64,000 nt of DNA from Hydrurus foetidus (Eukaryota): the NCBI GenBank assembly GCA_900617105.1, contig UYFQ01000001.1, positions 2,356,001-2,420,000 of the forward strand, given 5' to 3'. The notes below the pieces were generated by a model. That model ran no database searches and had not been told where the DNA came from. It saw only the letters and a list, made by a program, of their open reading frames with translations. Both the position numbers and the translations under genes were made by a program. Positions 21,968-34,100 of this stretch are shown piece by piece (position 1 is the first letter of the stretch; the number at the start of each line of letters is the position of its first letter).

Positions 21968-22702
21968 TCAACCCCGCAGTGCCTCAACATCGGCGCGCAC
22001 TTGTTTGGCCCAGTCCCGTCGGGAACGGCCTTCTGCCCACTGCAATTGCCCGAAGGTAATTTGCACCGCAATGCCGGGCGTGACCAGCGTGCGCCAGACC
22101 GAGCCGAGCAGCGTGTCGTCATTGATGTAGCACGCTGCAAAGCTGGGCTTGCCTGAAGCCGCATCAATAAATTGCAAGGCCACCGGCTGCACGGGCGCGT
22201 TGGCGGCAATGGCGGCTTCAAACATGTTGGCATGAAAAGGCAGCAGCGCCGTGCCGTCGCTGGTGGTGCCTTCGGGGAAAACGGCCAACACGTCGCCTGC
22301 GCGCAATTGGTCGGCCATGTGGTTGACCACGCGCATGGCGTCGCGCCGGGAAGCACGCTCGACAAACAGCGTGCCCACGCCGCTGGCGAGTTTGCCAATA
22401 AAAGGCCAGGTCAGCAGCTCAGCTTTAGACACAAACCGGCAAAACCGCGCGGCATGCAGCGACGTGATGTCTAACCATGAAATATGGTTGGCCACCAGCA
22501 TCACGGGGCCAGCAACTGCGGGTTGGCCAATCACGATTAACTTAATGCCCAGGCAGTTCAACATTTTCAGCGACCACACCTGCGTGTGCTGCGCGCGCTG
22601 CTCAGCAGACAAGCGCCCAAATTTCAAGGCGATGATGAAAAACCCGCGCAGCACATGCAGCATTGCACGCAGCAGTTTGACCCAAGCTTTAATCGTATTC
22701 AA
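21968..22702 (-). CDS. 1-acyl-sn-glycerol-3-phosphate acyltransferase family
   Basis: NHISWLD (HX4D) and FPEGTTSDG motifs; TTG 22702 chosen as start. Confidence 0.9.
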   Translation of the reverse strand: MNTIKAWVKLLRAMLHVLRGFFIIALKFGRLSAEQRAQHTQVWSLKMLNCLGIKLIVIGQPAVAGPVMLVANHISWLDITSLHAARFCRFVSKAELLTWPFIGKLASGVGTLFVERASRRDAMRVVNHMADQLRAGDVLAVFPEGTTSDGTALLPFHANMFEAAIAANAPVQPVALQFIDAASGKPSFAACYINDDTLLGSVWRTLVTPGIAVQITFGQLQWAEGRSRRDWAKQVRADVEALRG

Positions 22703-22704
22703 GG

Positions 22705-24042
22705 TTATTGCGGCGCAGCAGCAGAGCGAAAAGCGACGTGCCCGCCGACCAGCGTGTAGCGCACCGCGCCTTGCATGTGGTGACCAGCAAACGGGGTGTA
22801 TTTGCCGTGGCTGCGCAGGGCTTTTGGCTCCAGCGTCCACTGCGCGGCGGCATCAAACACGCACACATCAGCCGCACCGCCAACCACCAGGCGCCCGGCG
22901 CTGGTTTGCAGCGCGCCTAAAGCCGTGCCCAACACACGAGCGGGTTCGCTGGTCAGCACGGCCAGAGTGCGCATTAGCCCGGCTTGGTTCGTTGCATTGG
23001 CGTTGTAGGTGTCGCTGGCAGCCGTGCCCCACTTCAGCGCCATGGGCAGCAGCAATTCAAGGCCAGTGGCGCCGGGCTCTGCCTCAGCAAACGGCAGTGT
23101 TTTGGCATCGGCGCTGACCGGGCTGTGGTCAGACACCAGCGCGTCAATGGTGCCGTCTCGCAGGCCACGCGCAATCGCGTCACGGTCGCGCTGCTGGCGC
23201 AGGGGAGGCTCCAGGCGCATGCGACTGTCGAAGTAGCCCACATCTGCGTCGGTTAGGTGCAAGCTGTTGATGCTGACATCACACGTAAGTGGCAGGCCGC
23301 GCGCTTTGGCATCAGCAATCAAGGCGACCCCGGCCGCGCTGCTGATGCGGCAAACATGCACGCGCGCGCCGGTGGCCTTGACCAGCTCAATGATGGTGTG
23401 CAGCGCGATGGTTTCGGCTGCTTCGGGTACACCCGCCAGCCCCAAACGGGTGGCTACCGGGCCGCTGGCCGCTACGCCTTTGCCCAAGTAAAGCTCTTGT
23501 GGCCGCAACCACACACTAAAACCAAAACTTGCCGCGTATTGCAGCGCACGCATCAATACCTGCGTGTTGGCCAGCGGCACTTCGGCCTGGCTAAAACCAA
23601 CGCAGCCGGACTCGGTGAGTGCGAGCATTTCAGTCAGCGTGTCGCCGCGCAAACCCCGGGTGAGTGCGCCGAGCGGAAAAACGCGCGACTGGCCGAGCTT
23701 TTCAGCGCGGTACTTCAGCATTTCAACCAGGCCTGGCTCGTCAAGTACCGGGTCAGTGTTGGGGGGGCAGACCAAGCTGGTTACGCCGCCAGCAACAGCA
23801 GCGGCCAGCTCACTTTGCAGCATGCCTTCATGCTCGTGGCCGGGCTCGCCCAAACGTGCCAACAAGTCAACCAGCCCCGGTGCCACGATGCAGCCTGTTG
23901 CGTCTAACGTGACGTCGGGTGCAAACCCATCAGCGACGTTGCCAATCGCTTCAATGCGGCCATTGGTAATCGCCACATCAGCCATTGAGTCAAACTGCGT
24001 GGCAGGGTCGATCACGCGACCGTTTTTAATGACAATTTTCAT
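22705..24042 (-). CDS. pyrC: Dihydroorotase-like protein, probably the inactive PyrC' ATCase partner
   Basis: Amidohydrolase fold; [10 protein letters not shown] replaces the metal-binding DxHxH motif; follows pyrB. Confidence 0.88.
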   Translation of the reverse strand: MKIVIKNGRVIDPATQFDSMADVAITNGRIEAIGNVADGFAPDVTLDATGCIVAPGLVDLLARLGEPGHEHEGMLQSELAAAVAGGVTSLVCPPNTDPVLDEPGLVEMLKYRAEKLGQSRVFPLGALTRGLRGDTLTEMLALTESGCVGFSQAEVPLANTQVLMRALQYAASFGFSVWLRPQELYLGKGVAASGPVATRLGLAGVPEAAETIALHTIIELVKATGARVHVCRISSAAGVALIADAKARGLPLTCDVSINSLHLTDADVGYFDSRMRLEPPLRQQRDRDAIARGLRDGTIDALVSDHSPVSADAKTLPFAEAEPGATGLELLLPMALKWGTAASDTYNANATNQAGLMRTLAVLTSEPARVLGTALGALQTSAGRLVVGGAADVCVFDAAAQWTLEPKALRSHGKYTPFAGHHMQGAVRYTLVGGHVAFRSAAAPQ

Positions 24043-25001
24043 ACCGTGCTCCCCGCGACGATGCTCATGACCGCCATGCGCACCGCGATGCCAAAAGTCA
24101 CCTGCGGCAAGATCACGCTTTGCGCGCCATCAACCACTGCGGAGTCAATTTCAACGCCCCGATTAATCGGCCCCGGGTGCATGACGATAGCGTCGGGTTT
24201 GGCCAGCAGTAGCTTGTCAGGGGTCAAGCCGAAGCTTTTGAAATACTCTTGGCTGCTGGGCAGCAGCGCGCCAGACATGCGCTCGTTTTGCAGGCGCAGC
24301 ATGATGATGACGTCAGCGCCTTTGATGCCTTCTTCAAGCGTGTGACAAACGCGCACGCCCATCGGCGCCATGTCGCCGGGCACCAGCGTTTTGGGGCCAA
24401 CAATGCGTACTTCTGCGCAGCCCAGCGTGGTCAGCGCATGAATGTCAGAGCGTGCCACCCGCGAATGCAGCACGTCGCCCACGATGGCTACGGTCAGGTT
24501 GGCGAAGTCTTTTTTGTAATGCCGAATGGTGAACATGTCGAGCAGCGCCTGCGTGGGGTGCGCGTGGCGACCGTCGCCGGCGTTAATCACATGCACATGC
24601 GGCGCAACGTGCTGGGCAATCAAATACGGCGCGCCTGATTCGCCGTGGCGCACTACAAAAATATCAGCCGCCATGGCCGACAAGTTGGCAATCGTGTCCA
24701 GCAGCGACTCGCCTTTGGTGGCCGACGACCGGGCAATGTCGAGGTTAATCACATCGGCCGACAAGCGCGTGGCGGCAATGTCGAACGTGGTGCGGGTGCG
24801 GGTAGAGTTTTCAAAAAACAAATTGAACACGCTTTTGCCGCGCAGCAGCGGGACTTTTTTAACCTCGCGGTCACTGACCGACACAAAGTTGGCTGCCGTG
24901 TCCAAGATATGCAGCAAAGTGGCCTTGGGCAAACCTTCGGTGGACAGCAGATGAATCAGGTCGCCATTGGCATTGAGTTGTGGGTTTCGTCGGTACAACA
25001 C
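24039..25001 (-). CDS. pyrB: Aspartate carbamoyltransferase catalytic subunit
   Basis: [22 protein letters not shown] and MHPGP motifs. Confidence 0.97.
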   Translation of the reverse strand: MLYRRNPQLNANGDLIHLLSTEGLPKATLLHILDTAANFVSVSDREVKKVPLLRGKSVFNLFFENSTRTRTTFDIAATRLSADVINLDIARSSATKGESLLDTIANLSAMAADIFVVRHGESGAPYLIAQHVAPHVHVINAGDGRHAHPTQALLDMFTIRHYKKDFANLTVAIVGDVLHSRVARSDIHALTTLGCAEVRIVGPKTLVPGDMAPMGVRVCHTLEEGIKGADVIIMLRLQNERMSGALLPSSQEYFKSFGLTPDKLLLAKPDAIVMHPGPINRGVEIDSAVVDGAQSVILPQVTFGIAVRMAVMSIVAGSTV

Positions 25002-25060
25002 GGATTACGCCTTTGCGGTGGGAGTTATTCGGTGATATGTTGAATACGTTGCATTGGGTG

Positions 25061-25579
25061 TCAATTGCCCTGCACTTCAAAGCTGAACTGCCCGCCGCTG
25101 CTGCGGGCCAGCGCCAGGCTTTGCGACGGCGGCAACGTGACGCGTGCCATGGCCAGGTCAGCCGCCACGGGCAGCTCGCGCCCGCCCCGGTCAACCAACA
25201 CCACCAGCTTGACGCTGGCTGGCCGCCCGTAGTCGAACAGCTCGTTGAGCACCGCGCGCACGGTGCGCCCGGTGTACAGCACGTCATCTACCACCACCAG
25301 GTTCGCGCCATTGACGTCAAAGGGCAGCAACGTTTGGCCACTGGACGCCAACCCGCGTTTGGCAAAGTCATCGCGGTGCATGGCGGACGACAGCGTACCA
25401 GGCTTGCCGGGCAGCCCGAGGTCAGCATGCAAACGCTCGGCCAGCCATGCGCCGCCTGAAGCAACGCCCACCAAATACGTCGGCTGGGCTTGGCTGGCCG
25501 CGTAGCTCGCCAATAAAGGCCGCATGGCGCTAAGCAAGTCGCTGTAAAGCGCCTCAGCATTCAAACTCAAGCCGGTCAT
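25061..25579 (-). CDS. pyrR: PyrR-like regulator / uracil phosphoribosyltransferase
   Basis: HRDD, VVDDVLYTGRT and DRGGRELPV motifs. Confidence 0.92.
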   Translation of the reverse strand: MTGLSLNAEALYSDLLSAMRPLLASYAASQAQPTYLVGVASGGAWLAERLHADLGLPGKPGTLSSAMHRDDFAKRGLASSGQTLLPFDVNGANLVVVDDVLYTGRTVRAVLNELFDYGRPASVKLVVLVDRGGRELPVAADLAMARVTLPPSQSLALARSSGGQFSFEVQGN

Positions 25580-25989
25580 GAAAGGGTCCTTAAAAACTGC
25601 TCAAGAATAATGCAAGCCGATGCGGCGTCGTCGTCTTTTACGCGGCCCGCGCCCAATGCTTTGGCTTCGGTGGTGCTGTAGCGCTCGTCTACTTCAAAAA
25701 CCTGCAGAGCAAACACGCCGCGCAGTTGCCGTGCAAATTTTTGAGCGCGTACTGTATTTTCGTGCGGCGCGCCGTCGGGGTGAAACGGCACCCCCACCAC
25801 CAGTGCATCGGGCTGCCAATCTTCAATGCGCTGGCGCACTTCGCTTAACCGGTTTGCAGCGGTGGCCGAAATAGTGCGCTGGGGCGTTGCGGTGCGTGTG
25901 AGGCGATTGCCGGTGGCCACCCCGCAACGTTTCGTGCCAAAGTCGAACGCCAAAAAAGTTTGCAGTTGGGCAACTTCAGGCTCGCTCAT
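25576..25989 (-). CDS. ruvX: Pre-16S rRNA nuclease YqgF / RuvX
   Basis: LAFDFGTKRCGVA, VVGVP and DERYST motifs. Confidence 0.93.
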   Translation of the reverse strand: MSEPEVAQLQTFLAFDFGTKRCGVATGNRLTRTATPQRTISATAANRLSEVRQRIEDWQPDALVVGVPFHPDGAPHENTVRAQKFARQLRGVFALQVFEVDERYSTTEAKALGAGRVKDDDAASACIILEQFLRTLS

Positions 25990-25996
25990 GACCGAA

Positions 25997-26587
25997 TTAC
26001 GCATGCCCCGCGTCGGGTGACAACATCCAGCTTTGCAGGCCAAGCAGCAACAGGGCTTTGTCGTAGCGCTGCTCCACCGGCGTGTCGAAAATAACCGCTG
26101 GGTCGGCCGCAACGGTGAGCCATGCGTTATCTGAAATTTCGGACTCCAGCTGGCCTTGACCCCAAGACGAATAACCCAGAGACACAAATATTTTGCGTGG
26201 CCCGTTACCCGTAGCCAGTGCTTCCAGCACGTCTTTAGAGGTGGTCATCTCCAGCCCGCCAGGAATCGTCATGGTCGACGCATACACAGAATCGCTTCCC
26301 GGCATCATTGACTCGTGCAGCACAAAACCGCGCTCGGTTTGCACGGGCCCGCCATGGAAAACCGGAGCCAGCGTGAGGTCATTGCGCTCAAGTGGCAATT
26401 CGACTTTTTCAAAAAGCCGCTTTAGATTGATGTCGCTGGGTTTGTTGATGATCAACCCCAAAGCGCCGCGCTCAGAGTGTTCACACATGTAGATGACGCT
26501 TTTGGCAAATGCCTCGTCTTCCAGGCCGGGCATGGCTATCAAAAAGTGATGCGTCAAGTTGAGGGTAGGCTCGGGGTCAATACGCAT
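25997..26587 (-). CDS. YqgE/AlgH family protein
   Basis: FLIAMP, GGPVQTERGFVLH and GYSSWGQGQLESE motifs. Confidence 0.93.
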   Translation of the reverse strand: MRIDPEPTLNLTHHFLIAMPGLEDEAFAKSVIYMCEHSERGALGLIINKPSDINLKRLFEKVELPLERNDLTLAPVFHGGPVQTERGFVLHESMMPGSDSVYASTMTIPGGLEMTTSKDVLEALATGNGPRKIFVSLGYSSWGQGQLESEISDNAWLTVAADPAVIFDTPVEQRYDKALLLLGLQSWMLSPDAGHA

Positions 26588-26629
26588 GCTTTTTATTTTA
26601 CGCGTACAGACTTTCGTTACCATTTGGCC

Positions 26630-28105
26630 ATGCAGAAAAAATACGACATCGGGTTAATGTGGTTCAGGCGTGACTTGCGGCTGCACGACAACGCGGCGCT
26701 GCACCACGCGCTGAAAAACTGCAAACAGGTGCACTGCCTGTTTGTATTTGACCGGGAAATATTGGACAAGTTACCTAAAGCAGACCGGCGGGTGGAATTT
26801 ATTCGTGGGTCGTTGGTAGAGCTAGACGCGGCCATTGCCAAACTGGCCAAGCAAAGCGGCACGAACGGCGGCGGCTTGATCGTTCAGCATGCCATTGCGG
26901 CTGATGCGGTGCCGCAACTCGCCAAGCAGTTGGGCGCCAACGCCGTGTTTGCCAATCATGACTACGAACCGCAAGCGCTCGCGCGAGACGCTGCGGTGCA
27001 AGCAAAGCTGCAGGCCCACGGCACGACTTGGTACAGCTTTAAAGATCATGTGATCTTTGAGCGTAGCGAGGTATTGACGCTGGCGAGCAAGCCATACAGC
27101 GTTTTCACGCCGTATAAAAATGCGTGGCTGAAAAAGGTGGATGCGTATTACCTGAAGGCCTACGAAATAAAGCCTTACGACAACGCGCTGGCAACCCTGC
27201 CAGAGGCTCACCGCGGCGGCGTGCCTACCTTGGCATCAATGGGGTTTGAAATCACCAATTTGTTAACGCTAAAAATACCTACTGGCGAGACTGGTGGCAG
27301 CGCACTTTTTGAAGAATTTTTAGCCCGCATGGACGACTACGGCGAGACGCGGAACTTCCCCGCAGTTAAAGGCCCGAGCTATCTGGGTGTGCACTTGCGC
27401 TTTGGCACTGTGTCTATTCGGCAGTTAGCAGCAGCAGCGTTAGAACGGCAAAACAGCGGCAGTGAAGGCGCGGCGGTTTGGCTGAGCGAGCTGATTTGGC
27501 GCGACTTTTATGCGCAGATCATCGCGAATTTCCCGCACGCGGCGCAAGACGCTTTCAAACCTGACTATGACAAGATTACCTGGGAGCAAGGAAGCAACGC
27601 CGATGAATTGTTTGCGGCTTGGTGCGAAGGCCGCACCGGCTACCCGCTGGTGGATGCCGCCATGGCGCAAATCAACCAGACCGGCTACATGCACAACCGG
27701 CTGCGCATGGTAGTGGCCAGCTTTTTAGTCAAAGACTTGGGGCTGGACTGGCGCTGGGGGGAGCGCTATTTTGCTGAAAAACTCAACGACTTTGATTTGA
27801 CGTCCAACAACGGTGGCTGGCAGTGGGCGGCCAGCAGCGGCTGTGACGCGCAGCCTTACTTTAGAATTTTCAACCCGACCAGCCAAAGCGAAAAGTTCGA
27901 CGCTGGCGGGAAATTTATTCGCCGGTATGTGCCGGCGTTGGCCAAGCTTTCTGACAAATCCATTCATGCGCCGCACGAGGCAAAGCCGCTAGAGCTATTG
28001 GCGGCAGGCGTTGAGCTGGGCACCCATTACCCGCTTCCCATCATCAAGCACGATGAGGCAAGAGCGCTGACGCTACGGCGCTATGCGGTGGTCAAGAAGT
28101 CTTGA
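26630..28105 (+). CDS. phrB: Deoxyribodipyrimidine photolyase / cryptochrome family
   Basis: WFRRDLRLHDN, TGYPLVDAAM, MHNRLRM, NNGGWQW and YFRIFNP motifs. Confidence 0.92.
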   Translation: MQKKYDIGLMWFRRDLRLHDNAALHHALKNCKQVHCLFVFDREILDKLPKADRRVEFIRGSLVELDAAIAKLAKQSGTNGGGLIVQHAIAADAVPQLAKQLGANAVFANHDYEPQALARDAAVQAKLQAHGTTWYSFKDHVIFERSEVLTLASKPYSVFTPYKNAWLKKVDAYYLKAYEIKPYDNALATLPEAHRGGVPTLASMGFEITNLLTLKIPTGETGGSALFEEFLARMDDYGETRNFPAVKGPSYLGVHLRFGTVSIRQLAAAALERQNSGSEGAAVWLSELIWRDFYAQIIANFPHAAQDAFKPDYDKITWEQGSNADELFAAWCEGRTGYPLVDAAMAQINQTGYMHNRLRMVVASFLVKDLGLDWRWGERYFAEKLNDFDLTSNNGGWQWAASSGCDAQPYFRIFNPTSQSEKFDAGGKFIRRYVPALAKLSDKSIHAPHEAKPLELLAAGVELGTHYPLPIIKHDEARALTLRRYAVVKKS

Positions 28106-28126
28106 AGTAGCTGGGGTGACCCATAG

Positions 28127-28176
28127 TGCTATAAAAATAGAAGCTGCTCGCGCCCGTATTTATTGGGCTAGCAGCC
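28127..28176 (-). repeat. Family A repeat, reverse orientation
   Basis: tgctataaaaatagaagctgctcgcgcccgtatttattgggctagcagcc. Confidence 0.85.
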
Positions 28177-28185
28177 TTTTTTATA

Positions 28186-31100
28186 CTAAACTTTGGCCTC
28201 AATACCGCAATAGTAGCGCACCAGCCCCATCAGCTCATCTTCAGAGTACGGCTTGCCAAGGTAGTGGTCAACGCCGAGTTCTTTGGCGTGCTCGCGGTGC
28301 TTTTCAGCAATGCGCGACGTGATCATGATGATCGGCAGCGCTTTTAACCGCGAGTCACCCCGAATGTTGCGCGCCAGGTCAAAACCGTCCATGCGGGGCA
28401 TTTCAATGTCTGACAACACCACCACGGGCAGCTCATCAGCCAGCTTTTCAAGCGCCTGCAAACCATCAGCCGCCATCACGACGCGGTACCCTTCCCGCAA
28501 CAACATGCGCTGAGTCACACGCCGCACGGTGATCGAGTCGTCCACCACCATGATGAGTGGAATTTGCGGTGCGGCGGGAACCAGGTCTAGCGGCGTGACT
28601 GGCGGGCCCGACACGGCGCCCACGGCCTCGAGCATGTGCGGCTCGGCCTGGTCAGCGCTCACCGAGCGCGCCTGCTCGCCGTAAACCGTTGCCAGAGCCA
28701 CCGGGTTGTAAATCAGCACCACAGCGCCAGAGGCCAGCACCGACATACCGGCCAAGCCAGGCAATCGGGCCAGCTGTGGCCCGAGGTTTTTAACCACAAC
28801 CTCTTGATTGCCCAATACTTCGTCGACGTGCAGCGCAATACGCTGCGCAGCACTTCGGAAAACAATCACCGGCGTAGTTTTGGCCTGCACTTCAACGCTT
28901 TGCCTCGACGCCTGCAACAGCGCGCCTGACCAGAAAAACGGCACTTGTTCAGAGCCGACCTCGAGCACGCCAGAGTTGTAGGCTTGCTGCAGCTCTTTGC
29001 CGGTCGCGCGGCGCACTGTCTCGACCACGTTGGCGGGCACACCGACTACCAGCTTGCCAGCGCGAATCATCACCACCTGCGTAACGGCCGTGGTTAACGG
29101 CAGCACCAATTTGAATTGCGTGCCTTTGCCGGGCACGGTGGAGGTTTCAATTCGCCCACCGACGCCGTTGACTTCAGAACGCACAACGTCCATGCCAATG
29201 CCGCGACCCGACAATTCGGTGATTTGCGATGCAGTTGAAAAACCGGGCATGAAAATAAGGTTGGCCGCCTGTTTGTCGTCCATCAGCTGGTCAGCGGTCA
29301 TCAAGCCTGAGCTGATGGCTTTTTCGCGGATGCGTTCCAGGTTAAGGCCGGCACCGTCGTCACTGAACTCAACCGACACGTCGTTGCCTTCTTGCCGAAG
29401 GTGAACGGTAATAATGCCAGCGGCGTCTTTGCCAGCCTGCAAACGGGCTTCAGGACTTTCAACGCCGTGGGCCACGCAATTACGCAGCAAATGCTCGAAA
29501 GCGGGCGTCATGCGGTCTAACATGCCGCGGTCCATTTCGATCGTGCTGCCCAGCAAGTCGAGTTTGACCTGCTTGCCACTTTCTTTAGACGCCAACCTGA
29601 CCACGCGGTACAGGCGGTCAGAAATGCTTTCGAACTCAACCATTCGGGTACGCAGCAAGTCGCGCTGCAATTCTCGAGTCTGGCGCGCCTGAGCGATCAA
29701 ATCGTCTTCAGTCGCTTCAACGGTGCGCTGCAATGTGCGCTGGACGGTGGCGACGTCATTGACTGACTCGGCCATCATTCGGGTCAACTCTTGTACCCGC
29801 GTAAAACGATCAAACTCCAGCGGATCGAAGCCGCCTTGCTGCTCTTTGGCTTGGGCCAAGCGCGACTGCATTTGTGTTTCAGCCTGCAGCTCAATATCAC
29901 GCAAGTGCTGGCGCAGTCGGTTCAAGTTGTCGTTCATGTCGCCCAGCGAGCCGCGCAGCTGGTTAAGCTCTACCTCCAGACGCGATCGGGTGATCATGAC
30001 CTCACCAGCCTGATTGACCATGCGGTCAAGCAACTGGGAGCGCACGCGAATAGACGCGTTGGCGGCTTGGCGCAGCGGCTGCATGGCCATCAACTGCGGC
30101 GCGGGTACCAGCCCTTTACCGGCTTTGGGCGCGCTGACCGGTGCTACGAATAGAGCAGCAAGCGATTCAGTCGCCGCGGCGGCAGCGCTGAAGTTTGTTT
30201 GTACCGGCTCAGGCTGCGCGGCCGCTGGCTCTGAGGTCTGAACGGCCTCAAGGCGAGACACGGGCTCATCAGGCACAGCCGCAGCCGCTACGACGGGGTT
30301 GCGTAGCTTGTCGAGCATGAGCTCCATGGCATCAAAGCGCGCCAGCAAGGGTTCAAACTCTTGAGTTGACGCTGAGTCAGAACCCAAAAATTCGATCTCA
30401 GTTTCAATTTTGTGGGCGAGCTCGCCCAAACGCATCGCGCCAGACAGGCGGGCACTGCCTTTAAGCGTGTGAAGCACACGCAGAACTTCCAGGCGCGCGC
30501 CTGCGTTGTCTGGTCGGACAGACCATTGGCGAAGCGCGCTGCCCAATTGCGGCATCAGCTCGGCGGCCTCTTCATCAAATATCGGGAACAGCTCAGGGTC
30601 AATCGCGTCCACAGCGTCGAGCTCGTCGCCGCTCTCGTCTAAAGCCGCGGTTACGCTAGCGCTGGCCAGAAATGCGGCTGAAGTGGCGGAAATTGCCGGC
30701 CTGGCTGCGTACACCGGTGCAGCAAAGATCTGAGCTGATGCCACCGCAGCAGCTGTTGCTACCGTGGCGGCTGTTGCGGCATAAATTAGCGGCTCTGGCC
30801 CCGACGGTTGGGCGGTTGCAGTGTCTTGGTCGTTGAATTCGATGACCTCAAACACCGCAGAAGTAGTCGACGATGCCTCCGAAATTTCCAGGCGTTGCAA
30901 TTGCTCAAGCACCTCAGGATTACCTGGCTTTACAAACCCAGCGGCAAACTGATGCAGCAGCCTGCGAATGTCGTCCGCTGCTTGTATGAACAAATTAGCG
31001 TAGCCTGCAGCGTCGCGGCTGTTGTAGTGCAGCTGAGACTGCTCAAGACAGTGCTCAAAAGCCCGCGCCATGTCAGAAAGCGACACAAATCCGACCGTGG

Positions 31101-34100
31101 CAGATGAGCCCGCAAGCGAATGCGCCAAGCCCAGCATGGAGTCAGTTGGGGGCGAGGTTTTTTCCAGCGCCCACTCAGCAACCTCGGTCACCAAACGGCG
31201 TGACCATTCGTCGGCCTCGTTCAGATAAACGTTAAAAAGCGCCAAACCAATGCGCAAATCGCCAATCACTTTCACTTGCTCGTCGGCGTTGTCTGCACCG
31301 GCGACATCATCGAAAACCAAGCCGGCATCAGGCGCCGCGGGTGTGTTGATCGGCTCTTGCGGCAACATGACAATGTTTGGCATGACTGGCGTAAAAACAG
31401 GCTGCCGGTCGAAAGTTGACACTGGGGCATCAACCTGCAAGTCGACGTCAGGTGTCAAGTTACCAGAGGTTAGGGCTGCAATCGCCGATGATTCCTGGGC
31501 GGCCGCTTCCAGCGCAAACGAATCGAGCTGGCGCTGGAGCTCTTCCATTTCCTGCTGCTCTGCGTTGACACCGCCAACGTTGTCCTGGCTGTCTTGACTA
31601 AAAGCGAGCGGCACAGCTTGCGCGCTCAGGTTGGGTGCATTCAAAGCGGCCGTGCCTGAAAGTGCGGCCAAACTGTCGAAGTCAATTCCTTGAATATCTA
31701 ATGCTTGCGGCTGGTACTGTTCGGGCGCAGCCTCAGCCGCAAGCGGCGCGGGCACCGTGGACAGCGATCCGCTGAACAGCTCTTGCATTTCGGCCTCGGA
31801 AAGCTCAGCCGTGAGTTCTGAGGTGTCCTCGAGTGGGCGCAGGTCAGCCAAATCGGACACCACGGCTTGGTCGGGCAGTGTCCGCAAGGTAAGGCTTGGC
31901 AAATCAGCCATGTCAAACACGAAGTCTTGCGCTGCAAAAGACGCGATTGGCGGTGCGTTTTGCGGCTCAAGTCGCGCGTCTGCAGGTGCGAGTGAAGGCG
32001 CAGGTGCAAAGTCGAGATCTGCCAGAGCGAAAGCCGACAAGTCCGTCGGCGGGGTTTCAATTGCAGACACCAACGATTCTGGCGCCAGAGCGTCATTCGT
32101 TACATTCGCCGCGTCAAGCATTAATGCCAACGGAATATAACGATCATCCAGTCGCAGCGCGTCAGCACTGATCTGAAACGGATGAGCCAGCCAGGCGGTG
32201 TCTGTGCTCGCGCCAATGGCATCCGTCCATCGCGAAAACTCGCTTAGCGCAGCATCGGACAAATCACGCAACTCGTCGGTGGCCGGTTTCTGCTCCGCAA
32301 GCCAGGTATTGAACAGCTGCTCCATCGCCCATCCAGCTTCGCCGAACGCATTCAACCCCACCATCCTCGCACTGCCCTTGAGGGTGTGAAAAGCTCGTCG
32401 CAAAATAGTCAACTGGGAGATGTCTGTTGGGTTCACGGCCAGCAGGCGCAGCGCTTCCTTACCGTTTTGCGCAACTTCCCTAGCCTCTTCCAGGAAAATA
32501 TCGCGAAGATCGTCTTCTTCGAAGTCAACTTCTTCTGGCTTGGCCATCACAGGAGCTGCAACCGCCACCGACGCTACCAAAGCAGACATCAGCACGGCAG
32601 CGCCTTGCGAACCGCTTGAGGTAACGGCAAGCGATGCCTCTTGTGCAGATTTCGCAAGGCCGGACTGCCCGGCGAGCGCCGCGTTGGTTGCCAGCGCTTC
32701 GAGCTGCTGCGCCAAATCTGAGCTGGAGGCACCCGCAGTGGCGTCGCTCGCGATGCTGCTGAGCGCTTGCGGCAAGGACAAAGCAGGCGCGGCCGCTGGC
32801 AATTGAGAGCTGTCTGCGGGCGCCTGTACGGACCGATCTGCCCGACCCATGAGTGGCTTGAGTTCACCTGTTTCGTCGTCATACACGAAGAGCTTCTTCG
32901 CCAAAACAGGCTGGTAGTTCAGCATGTCGATCAAAAAGCTGAGAGCGCCGACGTTGTTGCCCAGCTGGTCAAACGTACCTGCTGCGCGCGCGCGCTCCTC
33001 ATCGACTTCGGTCTCCAGCATGCTTTCGACGCTGTCGCGCATGCGGAGCACCGCATGCGACGCCTGGTCTAAGCCCAACACCGACAGCACACCCCGCATT
33101 TGCGCCAGCTGTCCCGGTACGTCTCGCAGAACCAGTTTGTCTTTGGGATTGCGGAAAAACAAATCGAGCGACTTTTCCAGCTCGCTCAGCGATACCCGCA
33201 GCTCGCCAACGACGCTGCCCATCGTCTGCTTGTCGCTAACCCGGCGGTACAGATCTTCCATCCACGTTTCGAGTGGCTGCGCGTTGCCGCCATTTTTAAC
33301 GCCGTCGAGTCGCTCTGCAAGATGCTGGGTACGCACCGCCAGTTGCGGATCGGTCGGGTCCAAATCTTCAAAAGCCGCTTCCAGGTAAAGCACCGAGGTG
33401 GCGACTTCCATCGCCAGCTCAACGGACGGAGCCTTGTTAGACCGCGCGGTCACTTCGATTGCGCTGGTCAGTGCCGCCGCCAGTGGCTCGCTGGGTGGAT
33501 GCAACTTGACCAGAGAGTCCGATACCAAACCAAACTGATCAACGATAGTTTTGAATTTATTGGCATCACCCGCCGACAAAGACGACCAGGTTTCTTTTGC
33601 TGATCCGATACGCTTTCGCGCTTGCGCCAACAAGGCTGGATCGAACCGGCCGAATTGAATGGCGTCGTAGTCGACAGGCTTAAAGCGCGACAAACCAAAA
33701 GCTGCGTGAACAGCCGCCAGCACCGGGGTGCTGGCACTGATCTTGGCAGCAGCCTGAGCGCAAAAGAACAACAGGTCTTGCGCCAATCGATCAGAAACAC
33801 CAGTGTCACCTTTGCTTAAGGCCGAGTACTGCATCAGCACCCGGGATGCCGCGCGGCGCACATACAAGTCGGGGTTGAGTGCGCTGTGCTCCAAGGCTTC
33901 AAAGTAAGCAGCTGCAATTTTCCAGAAAATTCTTGGCTGGCTATGTTCTTGCCGCGCTGAAAACCCAAGACTCAGGTCTTTTAGCATGCCTGCCGCCTGT
34001 GGCGCACTGCCCTTCATTAATTGGAGAATCGACTGGTCAAAAATCGTTCGAGCGGCATCGTCGTAGTTTTTGGGCTCTGCTGTTTGAGCCAATTCGGGCT

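Noticed and set aside
22705..24042. Loss of metal ligands in dihydroorotase as a novelty
   Set aside because: Matches the known inactive PyrC' structural subunit of Pseudomonas-type ATCases.
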